DNA from: Candidatus Acetothermia bacterium
GTDB taxonomy: Bacteria > Bipolaricaulota > Bipolaricaulia > RBG-16-55-9
Direction: 5' to 3'
Assembly: GCA_016201405.1 (NCBI GenBank)
Contig: JACQCZ010000007.1
Location: forward strand, 68,307-132,306
Length of the DNA stretch: 64,000 nt
A model generated the notes under the pieces. That model saw only the letters and a program-made list of their open reading frames with translations. It was not told where the DNA came from and searched no databases. Shown here in pieces: positions 53,177-63,214 of the stretch. How positions within the stretch are numbered: the stretch's first letter is position 1; the number at the start of each line of letters is the position of its first letter. A program made the translations under genes and the position numbers.

Positions 53177-55891
53177 CTACTTCTGCAAAGCCTTTTCGAT
53201 GCGGTGAGCGGCTTCCATCAAGTGGGCTTGGCTCATCGCATCCAAGCCGCCAGCGCCGAGCACCTTTTCGATAGCATCGTGAATGCGCGTCAGCTCTGCA
53301 AAGGCCATAGAACGAGCATCATTGACCCCGGGCGCTTGGAATGCGCCTGCGTCGGCTACGAGCTCGTTTGGTTTGAGAGGTGAGGGGTCGTTCCCGGTCC
53401 AGGCGCTGTCGCCAGCAAAGCGGTTGCCCAGGACTGGAGCTCCAGTTGCCTGAGTGATCAGGCGGTTGAGGTACTCGCTTTGAATGGCTCTCTGGAATGA
53501 GTCTGCCGGAGCCTTGCCCGCGAGGACATCGGCCCAGATCGTGTTCGTAAAGCCGCGATAGAGCTCATCCACAGAGAACGGGTTTGCCTCATCGCTTCGA
53601 TAGGCATTATCACGGATTCGGTCCAGCCGCTCGGGGATGAAGACTGTGTTGAGGATGAAGGTGCGAAGACCCGTGACGACGTCGTGTAGCGGGTAGGTAA
53701 AGCGAGTCCCTGGAACCCAGGTGTTGAACTGATCTGGCCAGAAGCGCTCAGGTATTGCCTTATCCAGAAGCTCCTTTGGAAACTTCCTCAGAATACCGGG
53801 ATTAAAGGCAGTCAGGACGTAGTTGAGAGCATCGCGCTGCTCTTGGGCTGAGAGGACTTTCAGGGGCGTTATGCCATCCTTATCACCGCTATGAGCACGG
53901 GTGACGTTGACTCCACCGATGGCGGGCACTTCATTGACATAGCCAGCGGTTTGGAAATTGAGCAGGCGGTTGATCGTATTTCGGAGCGGCCAGAGCTCTC
54001 CATCGGCCCCGACGACTCGTTTTTCCAGGTCCGTCCAGACGCGATCTACCACGGTTTGAACGTCGTTGAAGTACTTGATTGGATCATCGCTGAGGTCGTT
54101 TTGGGCGATCCTTGGGTCAAGAGCCGATTGAGCAAAGACGTCCTCATCGGTCCCATATTGATGCCCAGGCTTTGAGTACTCTTTTGCAATGGTTTGGAGA
54201 GTTGGATTTACGTCTAAAGTCTCATTGCCGACGGGCATGTATCCATACTGGATTGCCCAGACATCGTATGACCCGACTGTAGGCGTGAAATAGTCTCCTT
54301 GATGGGTCCGGTCGGGTGAGATGTTGAGCCCGAGGTAATCCATCACAGAGGCTGAGATGCCATTCTCGGCCGTATAGGCCTTATTCTGCAGCTGATCATA
54401 TGGAATTGATGTAGTGGCCTCAAAGTTGTGGCGGAGTCCAAGCGTGTGCCCAACTTCATGCATAATCGTGTCTTTGAGGTAGGCTCCAACATACTCCATC
54501 GGAATCGAGTCATTCATACCGATCGTGCCATCTGCGATCAGCGTATACCGGAGCATCATCATCTGGTCAGTCAGAGTCTCATCGATGTCACAGAGATACC
54601 CAGCGTACTTTGGATTGAGCGCCCGCGCCGCTTCCAAGGATTTTTCATGCTTGCTCAGAAGCTCTTCTGAGCTCCCAACGTATCGTTGCCATTGTCCGGT
54701 GACCGCGTTGATATTATCGGCGTTGACTAGAATATCCGCATTCAAGATCTCGCCGCTTCGAGGGTCCACGTCACTCGGACCAATTGCGCCGAAGATCGGG
54801 ACAATGGAGGGCACCCAGCGGATAGTTGAGTATCGTGCGTCTCCAGGGTCGAAGCTTGGATCATTGGGCTCATCCATTGCGACAATTGCATTCTTGAAAC
54901 CCGCGGCCTCGAAAGCCTTGTTCCACTCCTCAACTCCCGCTTTGATGTAGGGCCTAAACTCAGTAGGAATCGTGTTCTCGAGATAGAAGACGATTGGCTT
55001 TACCGGCTCGGAGAGTGGAGCATAGGGGTCCTTCTTCTCCAAGCGCCAGCGGTTGATGAGCCGCACGGTCTCTGAAGGCGTTGCCTGATGGCTGTAATCC
55101 AAATAAGGCGTATCGAAGTAGCCAATTCTGTCATCGGCCAAACGCGGCTTCATCGGCGCATCAGGCAGCTGCAAGATGCTGTAGTGGATTGAGATGGGCA
55201 GCGTCTTGCTGTCTGGGATGTTCACGCTTGGGATGGGACCAGAAGAGGCGAACATCAAGTCCACTCCGATCTCGACGTTGCTTGGGTATCCCTGAACGGA
55301 TGCCAAAGCAGATCGGCTGCGATCCAGCCCAAAACCGACTCCATAGACGTATGGCAAATAGTCGGAGAGGTTGGCCCAGTCATCCACAAAGAGATAGGTC
55401 GCATCAATGAGATAGCGCTTCTTCTCGTCGTCGCGAGCGATGATGGGGAAAGTGGCATACACAGAATCGCTAAAACCAAGATTGACCATACTTGCGAGTG
55501 GCGTCCCAGCATCCGCGCGGAAGCTGGGGTTGCGCGCGACAAGCTCGATCTTGTCGTTGCGCATGCGGAAGGTCATCATGTTATCCACGAGCGGGAAGCC
55601 AGCGAGAAGGATGCCTTCACCAATACCCTTGGCCATCTGTACCACGACGAGGAAGTCTTTTCCAAAGAGATCGCCCGTGATCTCCATGGCAAGTTTTCCA
55701 TCATTGGTGCGATAGGTGTTGATAAAGCCAGGGAAAGCATGAAGCTTGCTGATCACTTGGTCAATTTGTGGGGCAGATTGTGCTGAGACTGGCGAGAAAT
55801 CGCCGTGAATCGATATAAGGCCTCCGACCAGAAGGGCGAATACAAGAACGGAAAGAATGCGCTGCGCCCCTTTTCGAAACGGCAAGAGCAT
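53177..55891 (-). CDS. large secreted zinc-dependent metalloprotease (DUF5117/DUF4953-like)
   Basis: Signal peptide, 904 aa, zinc motif HEVGHTLGLRHNF. Confidence 0.75.
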   Translation of the reverse strand: MLLPFRKGAQRILSVLVFALLVGGLISIHGDFSPVSAQSAPQIDQVISKLHAFPGFINTYRTNDGKLAMEITGDLFGKDFLVVVQMAKGIGEGILLAGFPLVDNMMTFRMRNDKIELVARNPSFRADAGTPLASMVNLGFSDSVYATFPIIARDDEKKRYLIDATYLFVDDWANLSDYLPYVYGVGFGLDRSRSALASVQGYPSNVEIGVDLMFASSGPIPSVNIPDSKTLPISIHYSILQLPDAPMKPRLADDRIGYFDTPYLDYSHQATPSETVRLINRWRLEKKDPYAPLSEPVKPIVFYLENTIPTEFRPYIKAGVEEWNKAFEAAGFKNAIVAMDEPNDPSFDPGDARYSTIRWVPSIVPIFGAIGPSDVDPRSGEILNADILVNADNINAVTGQWQRYVGSSEELLSKHEKSLEAARALNPKYAGYLCDIDETLTDQMMMLRYTLIADGTIGMNDSIPMEYVGAYLKDTIMHEVGHTLGLRHNFEATTSIPYDQLQNKAYTAENGISASVMDYLGLNISPDRTHQGDYFTPTVGSYDVWAIQYGYMPVGNETLDVNPTLQTIAKEYSKPGHQYGTDEDVFAQSALDPRIAQNDLSDDPIKYFNDVQTVVDRVWTDLEKRVVGADGELWPLRNTINRLLNFQTAGYVNEVPAIGGVNVTRAHSGDKDGITPLKVLSAQEQRDALNYVLTAFNPGILRKFPKELLDKAIPERFWPDQFNTWVPGTRFTYPLHDVVTGLRTFILNTVFIPERLDRIRDNAYRSDEANPFSVDELYRGFTNTIWADVLAGKAPADSFQRAIQSEYLNRLITQATGAPVLGNRFAGDSAWTGNDPSPLKPNELVADAGAFQAPGVNDARSMAFAELTRIHDAIEKVLGAGGLDAMSQAHLMEAAHRIEKALQK

Positions 55892-56114
55892 ACCAAACTC
55901 CTCCTTTTAAACGGATTGATCGCCATGTGGCGCCCAAAAGTATACGGATCTGATCGCTAGTGCTCCAAAGGAGCCAAGAATATTTTAATTATATGCGAGG
56001 CGAGTAAGAGTACTACACGATACATTGCTGAATGGTTTTGAAAGTGGTTTTCCCGCATTGGCTTTAACGATAAGACTGCAGCTTGGAGTAGAAGTCGCGT
56101 TTTTCAACGGATTA

Positions 56115-57185
56115 TTATGGGGCAGGCAACAATTCAATGAGCGTGAGCTCTGGCCGGCAGAGAAAACGGAGTCGTGGTGCGTCGTCCCGCTCCATGCCTG
56201 TGCCGCGAGAGACGATCAGAGTGCGGTATGGATCGAGCTGAGTGAGGCCATCAGCCCAGGACCTGGGCACGTTCGAGGCCGTTACGAGCGGGCCAAGCCA
56301 GGGTAATTGAACTTGCCCTCCATGCGTATGGCCAGCGATGAGCAGATCGGCACTGACCTTTCCCAGACTATAATCAGGGCGATGGCCAAAGACAATGTGA
56401 TATTTCAAGGCAGATCTGATCGATGAGTCTATGTCTGAAGAGTCATCGAACGAGAGGGCTGTGAGCGTGATCTCACCCACATCAAAGCTGATTGTATCTG
56501 AAAATGTCTTGATCTTTGTCTCTGCAAATGATTGGGTCCAGAGGTCGTGATGCTTGATCTCTTGATCCCCTTCAACAGCATAGACTCCTAGCGGCGCACT
56601 CACTCCCACCTCTTTGAGCATGGCGTTGAGGCGAGTCTCTAGCTTTTGGAATTCAACTGGGTCTGCGTGCTGGACATAGTCTCCAGGAAGAAGAATGATA
56701 TCAGGTGCATCCTGCATGAGTAGTCTTAGTATTCCCTCTTCATAGGGACCTGGGTTGTCTGTCTGCATGTCAGTCAGAATCCCAATTTTCATGGGCTTGG
56801 TGATCTTGTCTGAGTGGAGGGTGTAGCGGCGAATCTCCAGATTGTAAGGCTCGATCAGAAAAGCATCTGCGGCTATCCCCATGATGATGGCTGCGGAAAA
56901 TAGGCTCACCAGGCTCAAGACTCTGCCCGTTCTTCTGGATAGAAACGCGATTCCCAGCAGATAAAGTGGTAGTTGAAGAAAGAGGCTCCACGTAACCAAT
57001 TGAATGGCCAGCCATAGTGACCGCGAAATCAAAATGCTGATGACGACTAAGACAAAGCTGAGGAGTCCTAGTATGAAGAGCCCGACAAGTACAGTGTTGG
57101 TTTTGAGGTTCTTTGAGACTCGGGTTAGCAAGACCCCAACCGCGATCAGCGAGAGAAGATTGTAGAGAATCGCTATGAGACTCAT
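56115..57185 (-). CDS. membrane-anchored metallophosphoesterase
   Basis: N-terminal TM helices, then ILTDMQTD, LLPGDYV, GHRPD and IAGHTHGGQ motifs. Start trimmed to ATG 57185, because the track start (57374) would overlap the divergent gene. Confidence 0.75.
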   Translation of the reverse strand: MSLIAILYNLLSLIAVGVLLTRVSKNLKTNTVLVGLFILGLLSFVLVVISILISRSLWLAIQLVTWSLFLQLPLYLLGIAFLSRRTGRVLSLVSLFSAAIIMGIAADAFLIEPYNLEIRRYTLHSDKITKPMKIGILTDMQTDNPGPYEEGILRLLMQDAPDIILLPGDYVQHADPVEFQKLETRLNAMLKEVGVSAPLGVYAVEGDQEIKHHDLWTQSFAETKIKTFSDTISFDVGEITLTALSFDDSSDIDSSIRSALKYHIVFGHRPDYSLGKVSADLLIAGHTHGGQVQLPWLGPLVTASNVPRSWADGLTQLDPYRTLIVSRGTGMERDDAPRLRFLCRPELTLIELLPAP

Positions 57186-57194
57186 CCTTGTAAA

Positions 57195-57222
57195 ATTGTA
57201 ATGATTCACGAAGTCATGTCGA
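57195..57222 (-). promoter_or_regulatory. putative promoter giving a near-leaderless metallophosphoesterase mRNA
   Basis: Minus strand: TCGACA (57222-57217), 16-nt spacer, TACAAT (57200-57195), only 9 nt before ATG 57185. No SD with usable spacing. Confidence 0.3.
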
Positions 57223-57245
57223 GGACATTGATCCTGACGTTCCAG

Positions 57246-57275
57246 TTGAGTGAGTGCAGACAGATTCACTATACT
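57246..57275 (+). promoter_or_regulatory. putative promoter of the exonuclease-helicase pair
   Basis: TTGAGT (57246-57251), 18-nt spacer, TATACT (57270-57275), then SD GGGGGAAG (57284-57291) and GTG 57298. Confidence 0.3.
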
Positions 57276-57297
57276 TTCAGAGTGGGGGAAGAATCCT

Positions 57298-58347
57298 GTG
57301 GCCGTGAGCCTCGATCGAATTGCGAGAAGACTCCGTGAGCGCGTTGAGAGTACTGTAGAATCGGGTCTCTTCACATCTGAAAACCAACAACCCTTCGGGT
57401 TGTCTCATCTCTCTCCTACAGACTTTGCCAGATCCATGAAGCTCAAAGGTGAGCTTCTGCTAGAGTTCAAAGACCGGGCATTGGCTGAATACTACGACAC
57501 GGAAGAGAGAGAGAATGAATATGGAGCTTGCCTAAAAATCACGCATCACGCTGAGCTTGGAATCGAGCTCTGCACCGCTGCAACATGCATCGAAGAATTT
57601 TCTAGAGAGTTGAAACTGCTCTATGGCATTGGGCCCTCTGTCGAATCCAAGCTTCGCACCTTGGGGTACGAAACGCTCTCTGACCTACTAGAACACCCTC
57701 GCTGGGGCAGCTCGGCCAAAGAGATGATCCAGTGTTTAGATGAGTCAAATGCGAAAGCTCTGCAAAGTCACATTCATCGCTGGTTCCCCATCTCGCACCC
57801 ATTAAGCTGTAAGTTGATCAGTCTTGTAGATCCAGCGCAGATAAAATTCTTTGATCTGGAGAGTCTTGGGCTCTTTGGACGGCCCATCTTGCTCTTCGGA
57901 ACGGCCCAAATCACCGAGAGCGGTCTTGAAGTCGTTCAATATCTCGTTCGAAATATTATGGAAGAGCTCCCCGCGCTGATCGAGATTGCCAAAGTGTTAG
58001 GAGTGGAGCCAGCGCTCGTTACCTACAATGGGCGGGCATTTGATACAAATCTGCTGGAAGAGCGATGGGGTTATTATGGGCTCAACGTTGAGTTTGATCC
58101 GGTACACTTTGATCTGTTGCATCCAGCACGAAGATGCTTTCGCGATAAGCTTCCCGACGCAAAACTCTCCACGGTTGAAAGCTATTATGGGTTAACGCGT
58201 CAGATTGATCTTCCAGGCTCGCTCGTCCCGGATTTCTATAATACATATCTCGAAACCCAAAACATCGGCCCACTCATCCCCATCATTGAGCATAACAAAC
58301 AAGATTTGATCACACTGGCCGTGCTCCTCACGGAGTTCAGCCGTTGA
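57298..58347 (+). CDS. YprB/MrfB-like RNase H-fold (DEDDh) exonuclease with N-terminal HhH
   Basis: FFDLESLGL (DxE), TYNGRAFDTNLL, HFDLL, IIEHNKQDLITL (Hx4D), plus HhH LLYGIGPSVESKLRTLGYETL. Start uncertain: GTG 57250 (track), GTG 57298 (best SD) or ATG 57436. Confidence 0.7.
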   Translation: MAVSLDRIARRLRERVESTVESGLFTSENQQPFGLSHLSPTDFARSMKLKGELLLEFKDRALAEYYDTEERENEYGACLKITHHAELGIELCTAATCIEEFSRELKLLYGIGPSVESKLRTLGYETLSDLLEHPRWGSSAKEMIQCLDESNAKALQSHIHRWFPISHPLSCKLISLVDPAQIKFFDLESLGLFGRPILLFGTAQITESGLEVVQYLVRNIMEELPALIEIAKVLGVEPALVTYNGRAFDTNLLEERWGYYGLNVEFDPVHFDLLHPARRCFRDKLPDAKLSTVESYYGLTRQIDLPGSLVPDFYNTYLETQNIGPLIPIIEHNKQDLITLAVLLTEFSR

Positions 58348-60566
58348 AGATCGCTGACTTTGCCAGGCAGTTGGAGAGCGTAAGTGGCGGGGCCGTCGTC
58401 TATTCAAGAGTTATTCCGAGCACACTTCCTCAATACGCAGATCTCAACTCACCTCTGCCTGAGAGACTGAACCATTATCTTCTTAAAAGAGACCTGAAGC
58501 TCTATCGCCATCAAGCAGAGACCTATGACCGGGCGCGGAGTGGTGCTCACATCATGATCACGACGCCCACCGCCTCTGGAAAGACTTTGGCCTTCAATCT
58601 GGCTGTCTTTGGCAGTCTCGAAGCCGATCCAAATGCGACTGCTCTCTATCTCTATCCGCTAAAAGCCCTCACACAAGATCAGCTGGGAACTCTGGAAAGA
58701 CTTGAAGCTGAGACTGGAATCAACGTGAATGCGGCCATCTACGATGGCGATACGCCCGAACACCAGCGCCCTACAATTCGAGAGAGCTCGAGAATCATTC
58801 TCACCAATCCCTATGCGCTTCATCAGTACTTACCGTGGCATCACAAATGGCGCCGTTTCTTCAGGAATCTGCGCTATGTCGTCCTTGATGAGTCGCACGT
58901 CTATCGCGGAGTCTTTGGCTCAAACATCTCTCTGTTACTGCGCAGACTGCGCCGAATTGCCAAGCATTATGGCGCAGAGCCGCAATTCATCCTCTCTTCA
59001 GCCACGCTGGCAAATGCAGAAGAGCACGGCAAGAATCTCACCGGACTGGACTTTGAGCTCGTCGATCGGAGTGGAGCGCCGCAAGGCGAGCGTCACTTCC
59101 TCTTCTGGAATTCTCAAGCTCAGAAGAGCCGCTCAATTCACAGACAGACGAGTGATCTGTTGGCCTATTGTGTCAATGAGCAGCTACAGACCTTGTGCTT
59201 TGCATCTTCCAGAAAGCTGGCTGAGCTGGTCGCCAAATGGGCTCAACAAGCCTCTTCTAAAAGTAAAATTGCATCGTATCGGGCAGGCTACTCTGCGGAT
59301 GAGCGGAGAGAGATTGAGAGGAATTTTCGAGCGGGCGAATTGCGGGGTCTCGCCTCTACGACGGCTCTTGAGCTGGGTATCGATATTGGCAGTCTCGATG
59401 CTGTCCTCATCTCCGGCTATCCAGGCACGGTGATCTCCACCTGGCAGATGGCTGGGCGTGCAGGGCGTGGAGCGCAGCCCTCGCTCATCACCCTGATGGC
59501 CTTTGAGAACCCGCTTGATCAGTATTTCATGAAACATCCCGAGCAATTCTTCTCGCGCCCGCATGAGTATGCCATTGTAGATCTGGAAAACCCCTATATT
59601 TTATTAGGTCATACTATGTGTGCCTCCGCCGAGCTGCCTGTACATATGGATCGGGATTCTCAATACTTTGGAGTTAAAATGGCTCAATCTTTGCGCTCTC
59701 TGGAAGAGCAGAAGCTGGTGCAAAAGACGCCTGCCGGCTATGTCTACCGCGGCATGGCCCGCCCTACCGAAGTAGTCGGCCTCGACCGAATCTCAGACCG
59801 CTCCATCCAAGTGCTCTATGATGGCCAGGTTCTGGAATCAATGGACCTGCGGCGGGCCTATGAAGAGGCGCATCCAGGTGCAGTTCTGCTCCATCGCGGT
59901 GACTCTTTTATTATCAAAGATTTAGACCTAACGGCTGGAATCGCCCATGCCGTCAAAGAAGAAGTCGATTATCACACCTCCCTCGCCCACACCTCCGATG
60001 TCACCATTCGCAAGCGCTACTATGGCCGCAAGACACCACTCGGTGAGCTGCTCTTAGGCGAAGTTCGCGTCCATGAGGAATTTGGCGGGTATCGAGTCCG
60101 CAAGGGTGACCAAACGCTGGAGCTTCACGGCCTCGATCTGCCTCCGCTCGATTTTGAGACGGTGGCCCTCTGGTTTACGCTCCCTGGAGAACTGGGTAGG
60201 CAAATCCTCAAAGAAGGCCTCGATTGGGCGGGTGGTCTCCATGCTGCTGAGCACTCGCTCATTGCCATAACTCCATTCCATGCGATGTGCGACCGCTGGG
60301 ATATTGGCGGGCTTTCCACCACACTTCATCCTGACACGCGAGAGGCGACTATATTTATTTACGATGGCTACGAAGGCGGCATCGGGATTGCTGAGAAGGC
60401 CTATGAGCTCTTCTCAGATCTGGTAGAGACAACGCATCAGCTTGTAAAAGATTGTGCCTGTGAGGATGGCTGCCCATCGTGCATCTACTCGCCCAAATGC
60501 GGGAATAACAATGAGCCTCTTGACAAGCTGGCAGCGGTCAAGATTTTGGATGCACTGAAGGGCTGA
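58344..60566 (+). CDS. DEAD/DEAH-box helicase with C-terminal DUF1998 (MZB) zinc domain, YprA/MrfA-like
   Basis: TPTASGKTL (motif I), VVLDESHVY (DExH), SSAT (III), MAGRAGRG (VI), C-terminal CACEDGCPSCIYSPKCGNNNEPLDK. The TTG start overlaps the upstream stop (TTGA). Confidence 0.85.
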   Translation: MKIADFARQLESVSGGAVVYSRVIPSTLPQYADLNSPLPERLNHYLLKRDLKLYRHQAETYDRARSGAHIMITTPTASGKTLAFNLAVFGSLEADPNATALYLYPLKALTQDQLGTLERLEAETGINVNAAIYDGDTPEHQRPTIRESSRIILTNPYALHQYLPWHHKWRRFFRNLRYVVLDESHVYRGVFGSNISLLLRRLRRIAKHYGAEPQFILSSATLANAEEHGKNLTGLDFELVDRSGAPQGERHFLFWNSQAQKSRSIHRQTSDLLAYCVNEQLQTLCFASSRKLAELVAKWAQQASSKSKIASYRAGYSADERREIERNFRAGELRGLASTTALELGIDIGSLDAVLISGYPGTVISTWQMAGRAGRGAQPSLITLMAFENPLDQYFMKHPEQFFSRPHEYAIVDLENPYILLGHTMCASAELPVHMDRDSQYFGVKMAQSLRSLEEQKLVQKTPAGYVYRGMARPTEVVGLDRISDRSIQVLYDGQVLESMDLRRAYEEAHPGAVLLHRGDSFIIKDLDLTAGIAHAVKEEVDYHTSLAHTSDVTIRKRYYGRKTPLGELLLGEVRVHEEFGGYRVRKGDQTLELHGLDLPPLDFETVALWFTLPGELGRQILKEGLDWAGGLHAAEHSLIAITPFHAMCDRWDIGGLSTTLHPDTREATIFIYDGYEGGIGIAEKAYELFSDLVETTHQLVKDCACEDGCPSCIYSPKCGNNNEPLDKLAAVKILDALKG

Positions 60567-60575
60567 TTTGAGGCT

Positions 60576-61136
60576 ATGCATAAAGACATTATGAGAGAAG
60601 TCCGGCGCTTTGATTCAAAATGCCACTCTGATTTCTTTGAGCTCCACTCTGCGCCAAATGGCGGCGGGTGGTGCAACTGCGTTGCCTGGTGGGTTCCAAC
60701 TTGGGAAGCGTGGAGAGACCGAAGAGCAGAAGAGAATCAGGCTCTTCGTGAGTCGCTCTGCTCGCGTGGTGAATATGACGGCTATCTGCTCTATGTCAAC
60801 AATGAACCTGTTGGCTGGTGTCAAGTGGGTCCTCGGGACCGACTCGAAAAGCTTCGCAACCAGTTCGGGCTCAAACCTGACCCGAAGAGCTGGGCAATCA
60901 CCTGTTTTTTCATTGCCAAGAGCCATCGATGCAGGGGATTGGCCTCGCACTTGCTGAGCGAAGTCTTGCTTGATTTGCAAGAGCGAGGTGTAAAGCGCGT
61001 TGAAGCCTTTCCCAAGCGGGGCGCGGGTTTGGGCACGCTCGATCTCTGGAATGGACCGGAAGCGATCTTTTTGAAAGGGGGCTTTAAGGTCTGGAGAGAT
61101 GACCCGAAACGCCCTGTGCTAGTCAAAGAATTTTAG
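60576..61136 (+). CDS. GNAT-family N-acetyltransferase
   Basis: CFFIAKSHRCRGLASHLLSEVL (motif A Q/RxxGxG/A-like) and the overall GNAT length. N-terminal WCNCVAWW motif. Confidence 0.7.
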   Translation: MHKDIMREVRRFDSKCHSDFFELHSAPNGGGWCNCVAWWVPTWEAWRDRRAEENQALRESLCSRGEYDGYLLYVNNEPVGWCQVGPRDRLEKLRNQFGLKPDPKSWAITCFFIAKSHRCRGLASHLLSEVLLDLQERGVKRVEAFPKRGAGLGTLDLWNGPEAIFLKGGFKVWRDDPKRPVLVKEF

Positions 61137-61157
61137 AATAGTTACATCGACAAATTC

Positions 61158-62366
61158 TCATTGCCTGAACAAGACCTTTTCGTTGTTGAACATCCGGTTT
61201 GCCAAGATCAAGCCAATGGTGGCGTAGATGGCCGAGCTTGCGAAGGTGATCGCAATGTGGGTCCAGTTGATCTCACCCATCAGAAGCTCTTTGATGACGG
61301 CCGTTGCGTTGTAGATCGGAATCAAGAATGCTTGAAAATTTGTCGGCGGGTCCATAAATGAGACAGCGAAGGCCGGAATCATCACCAGAAACGACATATA
61401 GGTCGTATAAGTCTGAGCCTCTTTGAAGTTCCTTGTCCAGATGTAAAGCGCAAAGGTGAGTGCGCTCATCATGGCCGAGACAATGGCGGTCATCCCAAAT
61501 AGAAGAGCTAGCTCACTCCCGCCAATCGCAAACTTAAAGATGTCAAAGAGCTGGCTGTTGGGAAAGAGCTGCGGTCCAAACGTGAGCGAAAGAGCAAACC
61601 CTGCAAGCGAGAGCGTGGTTGCAGCCAGTGAGACGGTAAAGATCGTAAGAAACTTTCCCAGCACAAAGCTGGTGCGGCTTGGCGGCGCAACGAGCAAGGA
61701 CTCCAGCGTTCCGCGCTCCTTCTCTCCGGCTGTGATATCAATCGCCGTCTGCGCGCCTCCAATGGCCGCATAGAGCACCAAAAATAGTGGGAGCAACAGA
61801 CTCAAAAAGAAGCCACTGACGCGCTGTTCTGGTGCAACGTTGACAGACTGATAGGAAAAGGGATCAAGAACTTCTGCCGGGATGCCGCGCTGGACGAGCC
61901 GATCCCGCACCACGTCTCTGCGATAAGAATCTAGAATCTTTTCGAGTTTGTCAACAGCAGCCGTTGAATTGGAGTTTGAGACATCACGCTGGATGACCAG
62001 CTTTTGCGATGAATCTTCGCTCTGGACTGACTGGCTAAATCCCTGTGGCACGACGAGAACTGCAGCGATGTCGCCCTTTAAGAGAGCCGCTTGGGGATCA
62101 GCCGCATCGACAACCCGGAGCGGATCTTCGGTGTCTGAGCGAATCATCTCGACCAATTTTGGAGCCTCTTGAGAATTGATAATGGCGATAGACTGGGCTT
62201 GTTTTGCTTTCGATTCTTCTTGTGAGATCCGCAAGAAGTTGGGTCCAAAGACAAGCAGAGGCATCAAGAGGAGCGGGACCACAACCATTACAATGAGCGT
62301 TCGGCGATCCCGAATCGTATCGAGAAGCTCCTTGCCCCAGACCAGTCCGACGTGCTTAAGATGCAT
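61158..62366 (-). CDS. natB: ABC-2-type Na+ efflux permease (NatB-like)
   Basis: N-terminal TM, a large extracytoplasmic loop, then five C-terminal TMs. Start trimmed to ATG 62366 (MHLKHVGLVWGKELLD), which overlaps the natA end by 11 nt. Confidence 0.7.
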   Translation of the reverse strand: MHLKHVGLVWGKELLDTIRDRRTLIVMVVVPLLLMPLLVFGPNFLRISQEESKAKQAQSIAIINSQEAPKLVEMIRSDTEDPLRVVDAADPQAALLKGDIAAVLVVPQGFSQSVQSEDSSQKLVIQRDVSNSNSTAAVDKLEKILDSYRRDVVRDRLVQRGIPAEVLDPFSYQSVNVAPEQRVSGFFLSLLLPLFLVLYAAIGGAQTAIDITAGEKERGTLESLLVAPPSRTSFVLGKFLTIFTVSLAATTLSLAGFALSLTFGPQLFPNSQLFDIFKFAIGGSELALLFGMTAIVSAMMSALTFALYIWTRNFKEAQTYTTYMSFLVMIPAFAVSFMDPPTNFQAFLIPIYNATAVIKELLMGEINWTHIAITFASSAIYATIGLILANRMFNNEKVLFRQ

Positions 62367-63087
62367 GAGAGACCTCCTGCACCAGCTTGACGAAGATCTC
62401 TTCGAGCCCCTTCTGCCCGCTCTGTTTCTGAAGCTCTGCAAATGTGCCGATGGCGGCGATCTTTCCTTTATTGATGATAGCAATTCGGTCGCAGAGCCTC
62501 TCGGCCTCATGCATCAAGTGAGTTGATAAGATCACGGTCTTGTCGGTTTTTTTATAGCTTTCGATGAATTCAAGCACCTGGCGTGCCGACATCACATCGA
62601 GTCCTGATGTCGGCTCATCAAAGAGGATTACGGGCGGATTGTGAATGATCGCAATAGCCAGTGCCGCTTTCTGTTTCATGCCCTTCGATAGATTCCCGGC
62701 GCGCTTCTCTGCAAATTCATCGATGCCGAGAGGTGGAAAGATCTCGGAGATGCGCTGCTTGATTTGATCTTCTTGCATATCACGAAGCCGGGCAAAATAG
62801 CGCACATTCTCTTCCACAGTGAGACGTCCATAGAGGCCCGTAGCTTCGGCCAGCACGCCAAGCTGGGTCCGCACCTTCTCCGGCTCGCGGGTCACTGAGA
62901 TTCCATTCATGGCGATGTCTCCGCTTGTGGGCTTAAAGATTGTCGTGAGCATGCGCAGGGTGGTCGTCTTTCCGGCGCCGTTCGGCCCGAGCAGGCTAAA
63001 GATCTCACCCGATTTCACTTCAAAAGTGATTCCATCAACAGCAACAAAGTCTCCAAACTCTTTTCTGAGATCAGTGACTTGGATCAT
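62356..63087 (-). CDS. natA: ABC transporter ATP-binding protein (NatA-like)
   Basis: GPNGAGKTT, LSKGMKQK, ILFDEPTSGLD. Confidence 0.85.
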   Translation of the reverse strand: MIQVTDLRKEFGDFVAVDGITFEVKSGEIFSLLGPNGAGKTTTLRMLTTIFKPTSGDIAMNGISVTREPEKVRTQLGVLAEATGLYGRLTVEENVRYFARLRDMQEDQIKQRISEIFPPLGIDEFAEKRAGNLSKGMKQKAALAIAIIHNPPVILFDEPTSGLDVMSARQVLEFIESYKKTDKTVILSTHLMHEAERLCDRIAIINKGKIAAIGTFAELQKQSGQKGLEEIFVKLVQEVSHAS

Positions 63088-63214
63088 GATTCTCCTTCGG
63101 GTCTGTTCATAAAAAGCGCCTTATTCTTATCAAAGACGAATGAAATCAACGCCTGATCATGGTAAAGCAAATCAGGTCTAGAGAGGCTTACAGCTAAGAT
63201 CAGTTGAAAGAGGG

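Noticed and set aside
57186-57374. N-terminal 63-codon extension of the metallophosphoesterase ORF
   Set aside because: It would overlap the divergent exonuclease gene and its promoter region. The extension is hydrophilic and non-conserved-looking, and the hydrophobic N-terminus starts at Met 57185.
58729-59433. 234-aa plus-strand ORF in an alternative frame of the helicase gene
   Set aside because: It overlaps the helicase core motifs in another frame, is Ser/Arg/Ala-rich and has no start context. There is no evidence for overprinting.
62367-62510. N-terminal 48-codon extension of natB in the track ORF
   Set aside because: The extension overlaps the natA coding region and is Arg/Ser-rich. 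The internal ATG 62366 gives the canonical NatB N-terminus and the usual short overlap with natA.
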